A stretch of DNA of 64,000 nt from an uncultured Lentisphaeraceae bacterium (GTDB taxonomy: Bacteria; Verrucomicrobiota; Kiritimatiellia; RFP12; UBA1067): the NCBI GenBank assembly GCA_964390795.1, contig CAYMLQ010000001.1, positions 2,365-66,364 of the forward strand, given 5' to 3'. The translations under genes were made by a program, and so were the position numbers. Positions 1 through 11,300 of the stretch are shown in pieces. The notes under the pieces are model-generated. The model ran no database searches. It saw nothing but the letters and a program-made list of their open reading frames with translations, and was not told the origin of the DNA. The number at the start of each line of letters is the position of its first letter. Position 1 is the stretch's first letter.

Positions 1-325
1 TCTCGACCGCTTTTTCGCGCGGCGTTTTCGCCTCCGCCGCGGGAACCTCCGCCGCCGCACTCATTTCGGCAGGCGCAGCCTCTGGGCTATCCGGCTCGCT
101 AGACTCTGTTTCAGAGGCCTTCGCCTGGGCCGCTTTCGCGCGTCCCGCCTCTTTGATCCGCACGGCTGTTACGGACGTTTTCTTCGGCGCCGACGGACGC
201 TTGCCCTCTGTGGTGACCGACTGCTCCATCTCAGGAGCAGGCGGTGTCGAGGGCCGCAACGTCAAAAACACCATCACGCCGGCCAGAACCAGAAGGCCGG
301 CGATCATCGCGTTGTATCGATTCAT
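1..325 (-). CDS. Partial (3' end outside window) small membrane-anchored protein with Ala/Glu/Lys/Pro-rich tail; immediately downstream of giant paralog 1
   Basis: The reverse complement from the ATG at 323-325 reads MNRYNAMIAGLLVLAGVMVFLTLRPSTPPAPEMEQS... with no stop down to position 1. There is one N-terminal hydrophobic helix followed by a low-complexity A/E/K/P tail. It is not in the ORF track because no stop lies inside the window. It starts 10 bp after the stop of the giant gene at 335. Confidence 0.45.
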   Translation of the reverse strand, partial: MNRYNAMIAGLLVLAGVMVFLTLRPSTPPAPEMEQSVTTEGKRPSAPKKTSVTAVRIKEAGRAKAAQAKASETESSEPDSPEAAPAEMSAAAEVPAAEAKTPREKAVE

Positions 326-334
326 GGCAACAGT

Positions 335-3300
335 TTACTCCGCTGCAGGCGCGGTGAGAAGCAGGAAATCGTACGACATGTTGAAGGCGTACGACACCGG
401 CAGCCCCTGCGGTCCGGGGTAGGAGGCCTTGTCCGCCCACAGGAAGAAGCCGCGGCCGGCAACGCCGTCGGGCGCGTCGCTGCGCTCGGGCGTCAGCGCG
501 CCTTCGTATGCGATGGTCTTGGAGGTGTGTGTCGTGCCGTAATCGAACCACGCTTTGAACGAGCCCTTGAACACGCCGGTCGCCCGCGTCAGGGCGACGG
601 TCAGTCCCACCGTATTGGTCGAGCCGTAATCCCACACGCGATCCTTGTCGGGGTCAACCGGCACGCCCACCTTCGGAGCCGCGAGGCCGGTCATGACGCC
701 GAGCCTGTTGGTTGCAACCGTCAGACCGAGTCCGGCTGGATTCCAGCAGACCGACGTGTACCGGTTCGTTCCGACGAGAAGATCCGGATCCGGCGCGGCA
801 CCGTCCGTGCCGACCGACAGCGTGCCGCCCGTGTAGTACATGTACAGGTTGCCGACGGTGTCGTACCAGCCGCCGGTCAAATCCAGCTCCCTGAAGAACC
901 CGGAACCATAGCTCTGCGTCGCCTGCGGACTGCGGTTTTCCCAGACCGCCTTGGCGCTCCACCCATCGTCCATATACCGCACAGTGACGGGGCCGCTCAC
1001 CGGCTTCACAAACTCGGCAAGGCCGAAGAAGCTTCCGCCCTTATAAGCGGTCGGAGCGGCGTACAAAACCGTGTACACGTTTTCTTCTCCTGTGAGAATC
1101 AGCACGCCGCTCAGCGAGACGGCGGTCCCGTCCGCCAGTTTGCCGGCGGTCTTCACGTTTCCGGCCTTGTCCACCGTAAACGTGAGGTATCCGCTGCCGT
1201 AGCCCGAAGCGCCCGGCAGTACGGCCGTGTAGTAGCCGGTATAGTTCGTCGCCACGGTGGCCAGCCCCACGTCCTTCCACCCGTTGCGGTACATTTCCAA
1301 AACCCCGTCAACCATCCAGGACACTGCCACACCCAATGTCTGCGGAACGGTGTTGGGCTGCTCATACGATTCCGCCAGTTGCCAAACATCTATCGCAAGC
1401 GGTATCACGGCCTTGCCCGCCTGGGCGTGGGCTTCGAGAACACAAATCCCATTCTCAAGCCGTGTGTACGAAGCCGAAGTGAAAGCGTAGTTCGTCCCGC
1501 CGAAGGTGAGTTTGCCCGTGATCTGACCGAGTGCCGTCGCCGTCATCGTAGCCACACCGCAGGCTTCGCGGGAACCCTGGCTGTCGAGCTTGTAGTAAGT
1601 GCCGTTAAAGGCGCCCTGCGCCCAGGCGGGCAGCGCTCTGACCGTAACGGAGAACGTTTGCGGCACAGCCGTTCCCGCCGCGTTCGAGGCCGTAAAGCTC
1701 ACGCTGTACGTTCCCGCCTTCGTCGGCACGCCTACGATACGGCCCTTGTCCGCATCGAGCTTCAGCCCGGTCGGCACGCCCGTCACCGTAAACCGAGGCA
1801 GACACTCGGAAGCGACCGGCAGCGCCACGCTGAACGCCACGCCCACCGTTGCCTCCTGAGGGCCGGGGCTCCATGCCTGCGGGAGCTCAACTTCTGCCGT
1901 CCTCTTGAAGCTGGCCGTGCAGAGCATGACGCCGTTCTGTGCGCATTCCGCCGCCTCTTCGCCAGTCACCTTGCGCGCGGCCGCCTGACGGCCATCCTCC
2001 CAGTTGAGGAACGTCCACCCCGTGTTCGGAGCGGCGGTCAGGGAAATGGTCTTGCCGGGCAGGCAATACGCGCCGCCCGTAACACGACCGCCCTCTGGCG
2101 GCAGGGGTACGCCCGCGACAAACACGCCCCTATTCGGCACGGTGCCTGCGTCATCGTCACGAAGGGTGACCGCGCAGACACGCGGCTCCGCAACGAAGCC
2201 ACCCACAGGGCTCCCCAGCGTCAGATAAAACAGCTCGTCGCCCTCTGCCAGCTTGTCGCCCGTTATCGGAACCGTCACATACTTGACACCCGACTCCCCT
2301 GCACCCCAGGTCAGATTGGTGCCTGCGACGGGGAAGGAGTAGTCCGCTGATGTTGCGGAGGCTGGCTGCGCGGAGACTTTCACCGAGACCGGGCCGATGC
2401 CGGAAACCGGGATCACCGCGCGGACACCACCGACGCCTGAATTGCCCTCACCGGACGTCGTGTACGTCTCCTGCCCGAAGGACACCTCTCCCCACCCGAA
2501 CGTGAGTTGGTCGACCCAGCCGCAGTCGCTGCCAGATGAGACATTGCCATCCTTTTGATAAACCCATTTCAAGGTGTGCACGCCGACCGGAATTGTGAAT
2601 ACTTTCTGCTGCCAGGTGATGCTCCCCGAAATGGAACCGGGCTGCTCGGCACCGTCGATGTAAAACATCAGCTTATCCCACTTCGCCTCAGATGAAACGC
2701 TCCACCAGAACGTGAGCATACCGGGGCCCGTCACGACGGTCTGGAAGACACTTTGCTGTGAATGCGTGATGCTGCCGCTCTGTGCCGCGTCCACGCCGTC
2801 ATGTGAAGCGCCTGATTGACCGTACCAAGCTACATTTCCACTGGTCATCCACGTCAGCACCTCGCAATCCAGTGCCCCTCCAAGCTGATTGGCCGCTCCC
2901 ACTGTCACCGCGTATGTGGCGCCCCGCTGGTTGTTTGACTCATCGCTTTCGAGGATGGCGTCGGCACTGTCGACGAACGCACGGTAGGTCTTGTTCCCCA
3001 CGCTTGCCGGCGCGGTGAACGTGTGCGTGAACGTGCTGCTCGCGCCAGCAGCCAGCGTCCCGACACTCGCCCAACCATCGCCCGCGCTCCCAACCGGCGC
3101 GTCGGAGGAACGGTCGATCCAGACATTTAACGAGCCGCCGGAACCACTCGCCCCGCCCTGATTTTTTACACTGATCGTGGCGGTCATGCTGTCGCCTGGA
3201 ATAACGGATGTCGACGACAGAGTAATGGACTGGACAACGAAGTCGGGGCGTAATGCCACAGGTGTAAAATAGGCCGTGAGGCTTAGGGCACCCGTCACCG

Positions 3301-6300
3301 TGAAGGCATAGACTGGCTGGGTGGAAACCACCGTCGATCCCGCCTTCCAACTAGCGAAGGTATAGCCGCTGTTAGGCGTCGCCGTCAGCGTACAGGTCGA
3401 ACCGAGAGGTTTTACGCCGGCACCGGCCACCGTGCCGCCGGCAGAGGGGCTGGCAGACGCGGTGATGGTGTAGGATGGCGGTGTCCATACCACCTGATCC
3501 ACCCAGCCACAGTCCGAACCGCCATAATCACTTCCGTCTTTGGCGTACGTCCACCGCACCACGTGCGCGCCGGCCGCGATCGAGAACGTTTTCTGGGCCC
3601 ACTCCTGTTGTCCCGAAATAGCGGCTTGCTCCGCGCCATCGATGGAGCAGCTTAAGGTGTCGTACACTGCCTCGGAGGAGACTTTCCACCAGAAGCTCAG
3701 CGTACCTGGACCGGTCACGGTGGCGAGCAGGGAATTGGTCTGGCTGTTGGAGATGCCGCCGCTCTGCGCCGCGTCCACCCCGTCGTGGCTCGTCGAAGAC
3801 TGCCCGACCCAGTTGGCGTCGCCGCCGGTCAGAAAGGCCAAGTCCGAGTTGTCCAAGGCGATCCCCAGCTGGATCGGTGCCAGTACCGTATAGGTTGCCG
3901 TCCGCTGGTTATTGGCCTCGTTACTTTCAGGGGTTTGACCGGAACTGTCCACAAACACCCGATACGTCTTTGTCCCGGCACCCTGAGGCACCGTGAAGGC
4001 GTGATTGAGCGTGTAAATGGCGCCGGGGGCAAGTTCCCCGACCTGTGCCCAGGCGTCGCTGTCGCTTCCGTCGGGCGGCACACCGGCGCGGTCAAGCCAG
4101 ACATCGACGTATCCGACCGTGCCGGCCACCGAGCCTTGATTTTTTAGCGTGATCAAGGCGGTCATCGTGCCGCCGGCCGTTGCCGTTGTCGGCGAGAAGA
4201 CGACGGACTCAACGGTGAAGTCTGGCAATTGCGCGGACGCCGTGAAAGTCGCGGTCAGCGCCCGGTTCCCGGAGACTGTAAACGTGTAGTTCGGTGACGA
4301 GCTAACCACCGCCCCGCCCTCTGTCCAGTTCGAGAACATCCAGCCGCCGCTCGCCATCGCCGTCACCGTGCAGCTCGAACCGACGACTTTCGTTCCTCCG
4401 CCTGAAGTCGTGCCCCCCGCCGCCGGACTGGCAGCGGTGGTGATGGTGTAGGTGGCGGTATTCGGCGTCCAGCTCACCTGATCCACCCAACCGGCGTCCG
4501 ATCCCGAATTGACGCTGCCGTCTTTACTATAGGTCCACTTCAAAGTATGTGTTCCCGAACCGAGCGTCACGCTCTTCTGTTGCCAGACCACGGTTGTCCC
4601 CGAGAGCGCCTCCTGCGAGACATCGTCCACGTAGAAACTCAACAAGTCAAACCCCTGCTCCGAGGAGACTGCCCACCAGAATGTGAACGTACCGGGACCG
4701 GTCACTGTGATCTGCAGCGTGCTGGACTGCGTATTGGTCACCGCACCGCTTTGCGCCGCATCCACGCCATCATGCGTGGTGCCCGCCTGCCCGTACCAGA
4801 AACCGTTCCCTGACGTGTCCAAGGACAACGAGGCGCTGTCCAACGCGGTCGGCAGCGAGATGGCGGACGATATGAAGACTGCGGTCAGCGTCCGGGCGCC
4901 CGTCACCGTGAACGTGTAGCTCGCAGACGCGCTGACAACCGTGGCTCCCTCCTTCCAGTTCTGGAACGCATAGCCCGCGGCGGGTGTCGCCGTCAGCGTA
5001 CAGGACGCGCCGGAAACCAAGGCGCCCCCGCCCGAGACCGTGCCGCCGTAGGACGGGGTGGCTGTCGCCGTCACCGTGTAGACAGGCGCGAACTGAGCAG
5101 TCAGCGTCCGGTTGCCCACAACCGTAAACGTGTAGCTCGCGGACGCGCTGACGACCGTGGCGCCCTCCTTCCAGTTCTGGAACACATAGCCTGCGGCGGG
5201 TGTCGCCGTCAGCGTGCAGGACGCGCCGGAAGCCACCGTGCCGCCGCCCGAGACCGAGCCGCCCGCCGCCGGGCTGGCCGAACAGGAGACGGTGTAATAG
5301 GTCGGCGTGGGCACCCAGGTCACCTGATCCACCCAGCCACAGTCCGACCCTGATGCGCCACTGTCATCTTTTTGATAAGCCCACTGCACGGTGTGCGAGC
5401 CAGTGGAGATCGTGAATGCTTTCTGCTGCCAGGCGACGTTCCCCGAGAGGGAACCGGACTGCTCGGTGCCGTCGATGAAGAACTTCAGAAAGTCGTACGT
5501 CGCCTCCGAGGACACGCTCCACCAGAAACTGAGCGTGCCGGGGCCGGTCACTGTGGTCTGGAGAGTGCTAGCCTGGGAATTGCCGGCCGGCCCGCTCTGC
5601 GCCGCGTCCACCCCGTCATACTTCGTGGCCATCTGTCCGAACCAGCCCGCGTTTCCGCCGACGGTAAAGGCAAGCGACGTGTTGTCCAGCGCGGTCGCCA
5701 GCGAGACGGCGGTGGGGACAAAACTCGCCGTGAGCGTCCGGTCGCCCGTCACCGTGAACGTGTAGCTGGCTGATGTGCTAACCGATGCTCCGTTCTCTTT
5801 CCAGTTCACAAAGGTGTAGCCGCTGGCGGGCGAGGCCGTCACCGTGCAGGACGCGCCGGACGTTTTGGCCCCGCCTCCAGAGGTCGTGCCGCCCGCTGTC
5901 GGGCTGGAGTCCGTCCTGATGGTGTAGGTGGCTGTGCTCGGCGTCCAGACCACCTGATCCACCCAGCCGCAGTCCGAGCCAGATACGGCACTCCCATCCT
6001 TTTGATAAGCCCACTGCAGGGTGTGCGAGCCGGACGGGATCGTAAACGATTTCTGCTGCCAAGCGACACTCCCCGAGAGGGAGCCGGACTGCTCTGTTCC
6101 GTCGACGTAAAACTTCAGGAAATCGCACGCCGCCTCCGAAGACACGCTCCACCAGAAGCTGAGTGTGCCCGGGCCGGCCACCGTGGTCTGCAAGGCGCTC
6201 TGCTGTAAATGCGTGATGCTGCCGCTGCGCGCAGCATCCACGCCGTCATGCGTGGCTCCTACCTGCCCATACCAGTTCCCAGATGTGGTCCAGGACAGCG

Positions 6301-8176
6301 CGGTGTTGTCCAACGCGGTCGCCAGCGGTACGGAGGACGCCTCGAAGTTCGCGGTCAGCGTCCGGTTACCGGTTACCGTGAAGACGTAGCTGGGCGAGGT
6401 GCTCAGAACCGTGGCCCCCTCCGTCCAGCTCTGAAACGTATAACCGGTGTTGGGGGTGGCGGTAACTGTGCAGGTGGAGCCGGACGCCTTTGTCCCGCCG
6501 CCCGTCACCGTTCCGCCCGCCGTCGGGCTGGCGGTCACCGTGACCGTGAAGGAACCGGGGGCCGACTCCAGAATCAAGTCCTTCCCCCAGAGGTTTCCGA
6601 CCGTCGAAGACGTGCTGCGGTAGAGCGTGACCGTTTGCTCCGCGCTCTGCGCGCCGCCGCTGGAGGCGCGCAGCTTGAACGTTTCGGAGGATGCGGCACC
6701 GCTGCGGGCGAACGCGTACATGCCCTTGCTGTTGGACGTCAGCGTCTGGATCAGCGTCCCCGCCGAACTTCTCACTTCCACCGTCGCATTCGCGACGGGA
6801 ACCCCGCTCGTATTCAGCACCCGCCCGCTCAGCAGTTTCCTCTCGGAATCAGGGAAGACATTGAAGACTGCGCCCTTCAGATATGAAAATGTGAATTCGT
6901 TCTGCGGTGTGGTTCCAAGATCAGGAAGGGTATACCAAATATCGTCTGACCCCGCCCACCCCATATTCAGATGGGCATACCTTGTCCCGTTGTTATACCC
7001 GTAGCCGTCAGCGAGAATAGAATGCCCACCGCTTGACCCTCCAACGGAAAGTTGGACAGGGTATTGACAATCAAGACTGACCAAGACGGCTTTCTGAATT
7101 GCCTCTTCTGACAGGCCGGATGAATAGTTAAAATAGGAAACAGCGCTCGCGTAGCCGAAAACCGATTTCAACTGGTCTGAAACAAGGGCCGTGTCTGTAC
7201 TGCTCCCGCTGGACGAATAACTCATTTTCACCGACACGCCCGCGTCATAGCAGAGCTTCCCGATGGCCTGTCGCTGGGCGGTAGAAAGCGACACATTTGC
7301 AGGAACGTTCGGCATGCTGCTCCACGCGTACGCCCCGCCTTTCATGGTGAGAGATTGCGCGACATTGTTGACCTTACAGGGAAACGTCTGGGGCGTGACA
7401 GACGCGGTTGGATATCCGTGAAACTTCATCAGCTGCGCCATGGCCGTCGCGACGCATCCGCATACGTAATTGTTCGCGCTATCGTCCGGGCCGACCGGCG
7501 TGTAATAGTTATAAACGGCATTTCCGCCGACCGTGCTTTGGTTCCACTTGGTCTGTACGAGCGGCGCGACGCGTACGTCGCTGACGGAAGGCACAGAGCT
7601 GAACAACTGATAATCCCGATCCCCGGCCAGAAGAGCCGCCCATTGCGCTTCAGGCGACTGCTCCTCCGGTTGCGTAACTGCGGCCAGTGCGCCTTGCTGC
7701 GGCTGCGCCGCAGCGGCGGCCAACGCCTGCTTGCTGACCTTCATGTCTTGCATCAACATCGCGTACAACGGGTTCGCTGGATCAGGGTCGAGATCCTCCC
7801 CAGAAGAGAACGCGATGACCGGCTGGAGTCCCGTGTCTGCCGACATGACAACGAACCCGCCTTCCTCCAGATAGACCACGTGGAAAAGCGGGTCGTCCAC
7901 CTTATCCGTATAGGTGAGCGCGCCAAACACCGTCTGGCCGAGTGCGGCACCCAGCGGCGTGGCGTCGCGGGCGACCCAGTTCTGAACCGCCGTTGCGGCC
8001 TGTTCCGTTGAGACCGGCGCGGCCTGAGCGAGACCAGGTACAAACGCGGTTGCGAAGAACGCGATGACGGCCTTCACAACAAAGGGCCGGCTGGCGAAAT
8101 ATGCCAAGCGGCCCCGAGCCTTTTCGAAAAGAACTCGAATAGGATTAAACGACCAATACCGCTGTTTCATAGCCAT
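335..8176 (-). CDS. Giant secreted multidomain protein (paralog 1). It carries an N-terminal C10 streptopain-like cysteine peptidase with propeptide, a CarboxypepD_reg-like domain, 5 unnamed WW-VSSE modules alternating with Listeria-Bacteroides (Flg_new) repeats, 2 CARDB domains, Calx-beta, He_PIG Ig and the conserved C-terminal family domain.
   Basis: 2632-aa ORF in the track, whose M is a TTG at 8233. I prefer the ATG at 8174-8176 (MAMKQRYW...), which gives a long signal region ending ...FVPGLAQA. C10 motifs are NNYVCGCVATAMAQLMKFHGYP (catalytic Cys codon at ~7454-7456) and GGHSILADGYG (His codon ~7022-7024). CARDB-type E-NE-NN endings are ESNEANNQ and ESDESNNQ. The C-terminal ~430 aa (nt ~338-1633) are shared with the six other giants. 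Confidence 0.85.
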   Translation of the reverse strand: MAMKQRYWSFNPIRVLFEKARGRLAYFASRPFVVKAVIAFFATAFVPGLAQAAPVSTEQAATAVQNWVARDATPLGAALGQTVFGALTYTDKVDDPLFHVVYLEEGGFVVMSADTGLQPVIAFSSGEDLDPDPANPLYAMLMQDMKVSKQALAAAAAQPQQGALAAVTQPEEQSPEAQWAALLAGDRDYQLFSSVPSVSDVRVAPLVQTKWNQSTVGGNAVYNYYTPVGPDDSANNYVCGCVATAMAQLMKFHGYPTASVTPQTFPCKVNNVAQSLTMKGGAYAWSSMPNVPANVSLSTAQRQAIGKLCYDAGVSVKMSYSSSGSSTDTALVSDQLKSVFGYASAVSYFNYSSGLSEEAIQKAVLVSLDCQYPVQLSVGGSSGGHSILADGYGYNNGTRYAHLNMGWAGSDDIWYTLPDLGTTPQNEFTFSYLKGAVFNVFPDSERKLLSGRVLNTSGVPVANATVEVRSSAGTLIQTLTSNSKGMYAFARSGAASSETFKLRASSGGAQSAEQTVTLYRSTSSTVGNLWGKDLILESAPGSFTVTVTASPTAGGTVTGGGTKASGSTCTVTATPNTGYTFQSWTEGATVLSTSPSYVFTVTGNRTLTANFEASSVPLATALDNTALSWTTSGNWYGQVGATHDGVDAARSGSITHLQQSALQTTVAGPGTLSFWWSVSSEAACDFLKFYVDGTEQSGSLSGSVAWQQKSFTIPSGSHTLQWAYQKDGSAVSGSDCGWVDQVVWTPSTATYTIRTDSSPTAGGTTSGGGAKTSGASCTVTASPASGYTFVNWKENGASVSTSASYTFTVTGDRTLTASFVPTAVSLATALDNTSLAFTVGGNAGWFGQMATKYDGVDAAQSGPAGNSQASTLQTTVTGPGTLSFWWSVSSEATYDFLKFFIDGTEQSGSLSGNVAWQQKAFTISTGSHTVQWAYQKDDSGASGSDCGWVDQVTWVPTPTYYTVSCSASPAAGGSVSGGGTVASGASCTLTATPAAGYVFQNWKEGATVVSASASYTFTVVGNRTLTAQFAPVYTVTATATPSYGGTVSGGGALVSGASCTLTATPAAGYAFQNWKEGATVVSASASYTFTVTGARTLTAVFISSAISLPTALDSASLSLDTSGNGFWYGQAGTTHDGVDAAQSGAVTNTQSSTLQITVTGPGTFTFWWAVSSEQGFDLLSFYVDDVSQEALSGTTVVWQQKSVTLGSGTHTLKWTYSKDGSVNSGSDAGWVDQVSWTPNTATYTITTAASPAAGGTTSGGGTKVVGSSCTVTAMASGGWMFSNWTEGGAVVSSSPNYTFTVSGNRALTATFTASAQLPDFTVESVVFSPTTATAGGTMTALITLKNQGSVAGTVGYVDVWLDRAGVPPDGSDSDAWAQVGELAPGAIYTLNHAFTVPQGAGTKTYRVFVDSSGQTPESNEANNQRTATYTVLAPIQLGIALDNSDLAFLTGGDANWVGQSSTSHDGVDAAQSGGISNSQTNSLLATVTGPGTLSFWWKVSSEAVYDTLSCSIDGAEQAAISGQQEWAQKTFSIAAGAHVVRWTYAKDGSDYGGSDCGWVDQVVWTPPSYTITASASPSAGGTVAGAGVKPLGSTCTLTATPNSGYTFASWKAGSTVVSTQPVYAFTVTGALSLTAYFTPVALRPDFVVQSITLSSTSVIPGDSMTATISVKNQGGASGSGGSLNVWIDRSSDAPVGSAGDGWASVGTLAAGASSTFTHTFTAPASVGNKTYRAFVDSADAILESDESNNQRGATYAVTVGAANQLGGALDCEVLTWMTSGNVAWYGQSGASHDGVDAAQSGSITHSQQSVFQTVVTGPGMLTFWWSVSSEAKWDKLMFYIDGAEQPGSISGSITWQQKVFTIPVGVHTLKWVYQKDGNVSSGSDCGWVDQLTFGWGEVSFGQETYTTSGEGNSGVGGVRAVIPVSGIGPVSVKVSAQPASATSADYSFPVAGTNLTWGAGESGVKYVTVPITGDKLAEGDELFYLTLGSPVGGFVAEPRVCAVTLRDDDAGTVPNRGVFVAGVPLPPEGGRVTGGAYCLPGKTISLTAAPNTGWTFLNWEDGRQAAARKVTGEEAAECAQNGVMLCTASFKRTAEVELPQAWSPGPQEATVGVAFSVALPVASECLPRFTVTGVPTGLKLDADKGRIVGVPTKAGTYSVSFTASNAAGTAVPQTFSVTVRALPAWAQGAFNGTYYKLDSQGSREACGVATMTATALGQITGKLTFGGTNYAFTSASYTRLENGICVLEAHAQAGKAVIPLAIDVWQLAESYEQPNTVPQTLGVAVSWMVDGVLEMYRNGWKDVGLATVATNYTGYYTAVLPGASGYGSGYLTFTVDKAGNVKTAGKLADGTAVSLSGVLILTGEENVYTVLYAAPTAYKGGSFFGLAEFVKPVSGPVTVRYMDDGWSAKAVWENRSPQATQSYGSGFFRELDLTGGWYDTVGNLYMYYTGGTLSVGTDGAAPDPDLLVGTNRYTSVCWNPAGLGLTVATNRLGVMTGLAAPKVGVPVDPDKDRVWDYGSTNTVGLTVALTRATGVFKGSFKAWFDYGTTHTSKTIAYEGALTPERSDAPDGVAGRGFFLWADKASYPGPQGLPVSYAFNMSYDFLLLTAPAAE

Positions 8177-8337
8177 CGCCAGCACCTCTCTTAGTTTCGC
8201 TACTGAAAACACCGACGTCACTGGATGACACAAATGATTAATGTTTGTTTAAAGTAGCATGGCTCCCATATAGGCGCAAGCCAAAATGTTGGGAAAACCC
8301 ATCCCGGGCGAGCGGTGCTGGCCGCGCCTCTCATTTT

Positions 8338-11300
8338 TCAGATGAGGATAAAATCGTACGACAAGCTGAAGCCGTAGGTCACGGGCTTGCCCTGCGCGTT
8401 GAGGTACTGCGACTTGTCCGCCCACAGGAAGAAGCCGCGTCCCGCGACGCCGTTAGCGCCGTCCTCGCCTTCAGGCGTCAGCACGCCTTCGTATGCGATG
8501 CTCTTGGGCGTGTGCATCGAGCCATCGTCGAACCATGCCTTGAAGGCCCCTTTGAAAATGCCGGTCGCACGCGTCAGGGCCATCGTAAGCCCCACGGTGT
8601 TGATGGCGCCGTACTCCCATTTCCCATCTTTCTCGGGGTCAACAGGCACACCCGCCTTCGGGGCGGTGAGGCCCGTCATGACGCCCAGCTTGTTGGTCGC
8701 CACCGCCAGAGCGACGCCGTCCGGCCGCCACCAGGCCGACGCCGTGCGGTTCGTGCCGGCGGTCAACTCCGGCGCGGGCACCCCGTCGGCCGTACCGACC
8801 GAAAGCGCCCTGTCCGCATAGTAGCGGTACAGGTTGCCGACCGTGTCGTACCAGCCGCCGGCCAGCCCGAGGCTCCGGCTGAAGCCGCCCGCGGCGTAGT
8901 CGCCCGTCGCCAGCGGGTTGCGGCTCTCCCACAGGAAGGTCGTCCCTGTCAGCGCGCACACAAAGACAGGCGAGCTACTCGAAGCTTTGTGGAACTGGAG
9001 TGCGCCGAAGAGGCAGCCGCCCTTATACGCAGCGGGAGCGGTGTGGAGCACCGCAAACACGCGCCGATCCCCGTCGAGGAGCAGCGAACCGCTCTGCGAC
9101 ACCACCGTGCCGTCCGCCAGTTTGCCCGCCGCCTTCACGCCGCCAATCTTGTCCACCGTGAAAGCAAGATACCCGCTTCCATACTCCGCGCCGCCCGGCA
9201 GGGACGCCGTGTAGTAGCCCGCGTAGTTCGTCGCCGACGCGGCCATATCCGCATCCTTCCAGACGTTGCGATACAGCACGACAGGCGCCTGACCCTCCGC
9301 GGCCCCATCCAGCCATCCCTCCGCCAGACCGAGACCGGCGGGGGCCTCCGGCTCGTTTTCAGGATGCGTCACGAGCACCGTCAGCGGCACCTTCGCCTGG
9401 CCGCCCACCGCCACGGCGGTAAACCTCAACGGCAGTCCGTTGGTGTACGACGCGGCGCTGAACGTGTAGTTCGTGCCAGCCGCGCTGAGCCTGCCGGCGA
9501 CCCTGCCCTGCGCCGTCACCGTCATTTGTGCAGTCCCCGGCTCGGCACCGCCGCGCAGTGCGCAGGCGCCGGCGAAAGTCCCCTGCGCCCACAGGGGCAG
9601 AGGATCAACGGTGATGCGGATGGTCAGCACGCACGGCGTCTTGTTCACGTTTCGAGCGGTGACCAAAACCGCCCGATTGGTGACCGCCGCCGACGGCGCG
9701 CCCATAATCGCCCGTGCGGCCGCGTTGAAGGTCAGCCCTGCCGGAAGACCGGTCACCGTCACCACCGGCAGACTCTCGGACTGGATGTCCAGCGGCAGGC
9801 TGAAAAACACGCCGGCCATCGCCCGCTGCGCGCCCGGATCGGCGACCACCGGCTGCGAAACCTGGGCCGTCAGGCCGAACCAGGCCCGCACCGTCACGTT
9901 GGCGTCCGGCATCACGAGCGTGCGCACGGCCGCCTGCGTGCCATCCTCCCAGCGCAGGAAGGTGTTGTTCGCCGCGGGTTTCGCCGTCAGGGTGACTCTG
10001 GCGCCCGGCGCATAGAGCCCCGCGCCCGTCACCGTCCCGCCGCCCGCCGGCATCTCGGCCGTGAGGCGCGCCTTGACGGTGAGCGTCTGCCTCACCGGCA
10101 GAGCGGCCTTAAAGTCCGCAGTGCCCGGCTGGCTCCCCGTGATCACCGCCGCACCCGTCCCCACGACATGGACCAGCCCGTCTTCGATCTGCGCGACCTT
10201 CTCGTTGGAACTCACGTACACGACCTGCAAACCCGACGATGCGGTTGCCCCGGGATTGAAGTTCGTGGCCTCCAGCGCAAGAACAGGCAGGGCTTTGAAG
10301 GCGATGGTCTGGCTGGCGGCGACGTTGTTGACCCGCACCGTCCAGTTGGTTTCGGTTGTTCCCGCCCGCCGGTCCAGCGCTACGGCCTTGATCTGCACGT
10401 CCCGGAACACCACACCCTGCACGGTCGCCGCGTCCGTCTTCAACGTGAACGCGCTGGTGACCGCGTTCGGCGCGCCAGTCCGGGTCTCCCCCTTCAGAAC
10501 GCCGTCCACATACCAGGTGATGTTCGACATCCCGCGCTCCACGTCGGCATCGGCCGTGTCGTTCGCCGTCGCGCTGAAAGCGACCGATGCGCCTTCGCTG
10601 ACCGCCGCAGGGTTCATAACCGGCACGCGCTTGGTGATCACTGGAAGCACGTTCTGCGCCCTGTAGACGGCCGTCAGGGTCACCTTGAGCTTAGGCATGA
10701 TCAGCACCGTAACGGACTGCGTCGGAACAAAGTCGGGGCCCAGCTCCGCATCTTTCGGCGTCATCGTCCACCGGTCGAACAGATACCCGGCAGGCGGCGG
10801 ATCTGCGGACACCTCCACCGGGGTTTCAAACGTATACTCTCCACCGCCAGCGCCGTTGACGACCGTGAGCAGGTTCGTCCCGGATGGCGCATACGGCATG
10901 ATCCCGAAAACTGCCGCATGCTGGCTCCACGTGTAATTGTGAAAATAGACCGAATCCATGTTATACCAGGCGTCGCCATAGCCGGAGATCCCGAAATTGA
11001 GGTGGATCTCGTTACTGTTGCGATACCCGTCGCACACGAGAGCGTGCCCGCCCAGTGCCGACACCATGGTGTAGTAGACCGGATGCGACTCGTCCAGATC
11101 GTTCTGGATTTTCGCAAACCAGGCCGGCGTGGTTGAATCGGCTCTCATCTGGTACTCTTCGCAGATGTAACCGAACACCTCCCGAAACGCGCGGGCGGTC
11201 GCAAGCTGGCTACACACCGACGTTGAGGTTGCCTCGTAATTCGCCTCCATCGCCACGCCGCAATGGTACAGCAGCCGCCCGACAGCCTGTTTCTGGGCAG

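Noticed and set aside
8177-8233. N-terminal extension of giant paralog 1 back to the TTG at 8233 (track start). Similar TTG/GTG-initiated extensions occur for paralogs 4, 5 and 6.
   Set aside because: The tool translates TTG/GTG as M. In each case an in-frame ATG a few codons downstream begins a canonical signal peptide, with an SD-like sequence where checked. Shorter ATG starts were preferred, but the true start is not provable from sequence alone.
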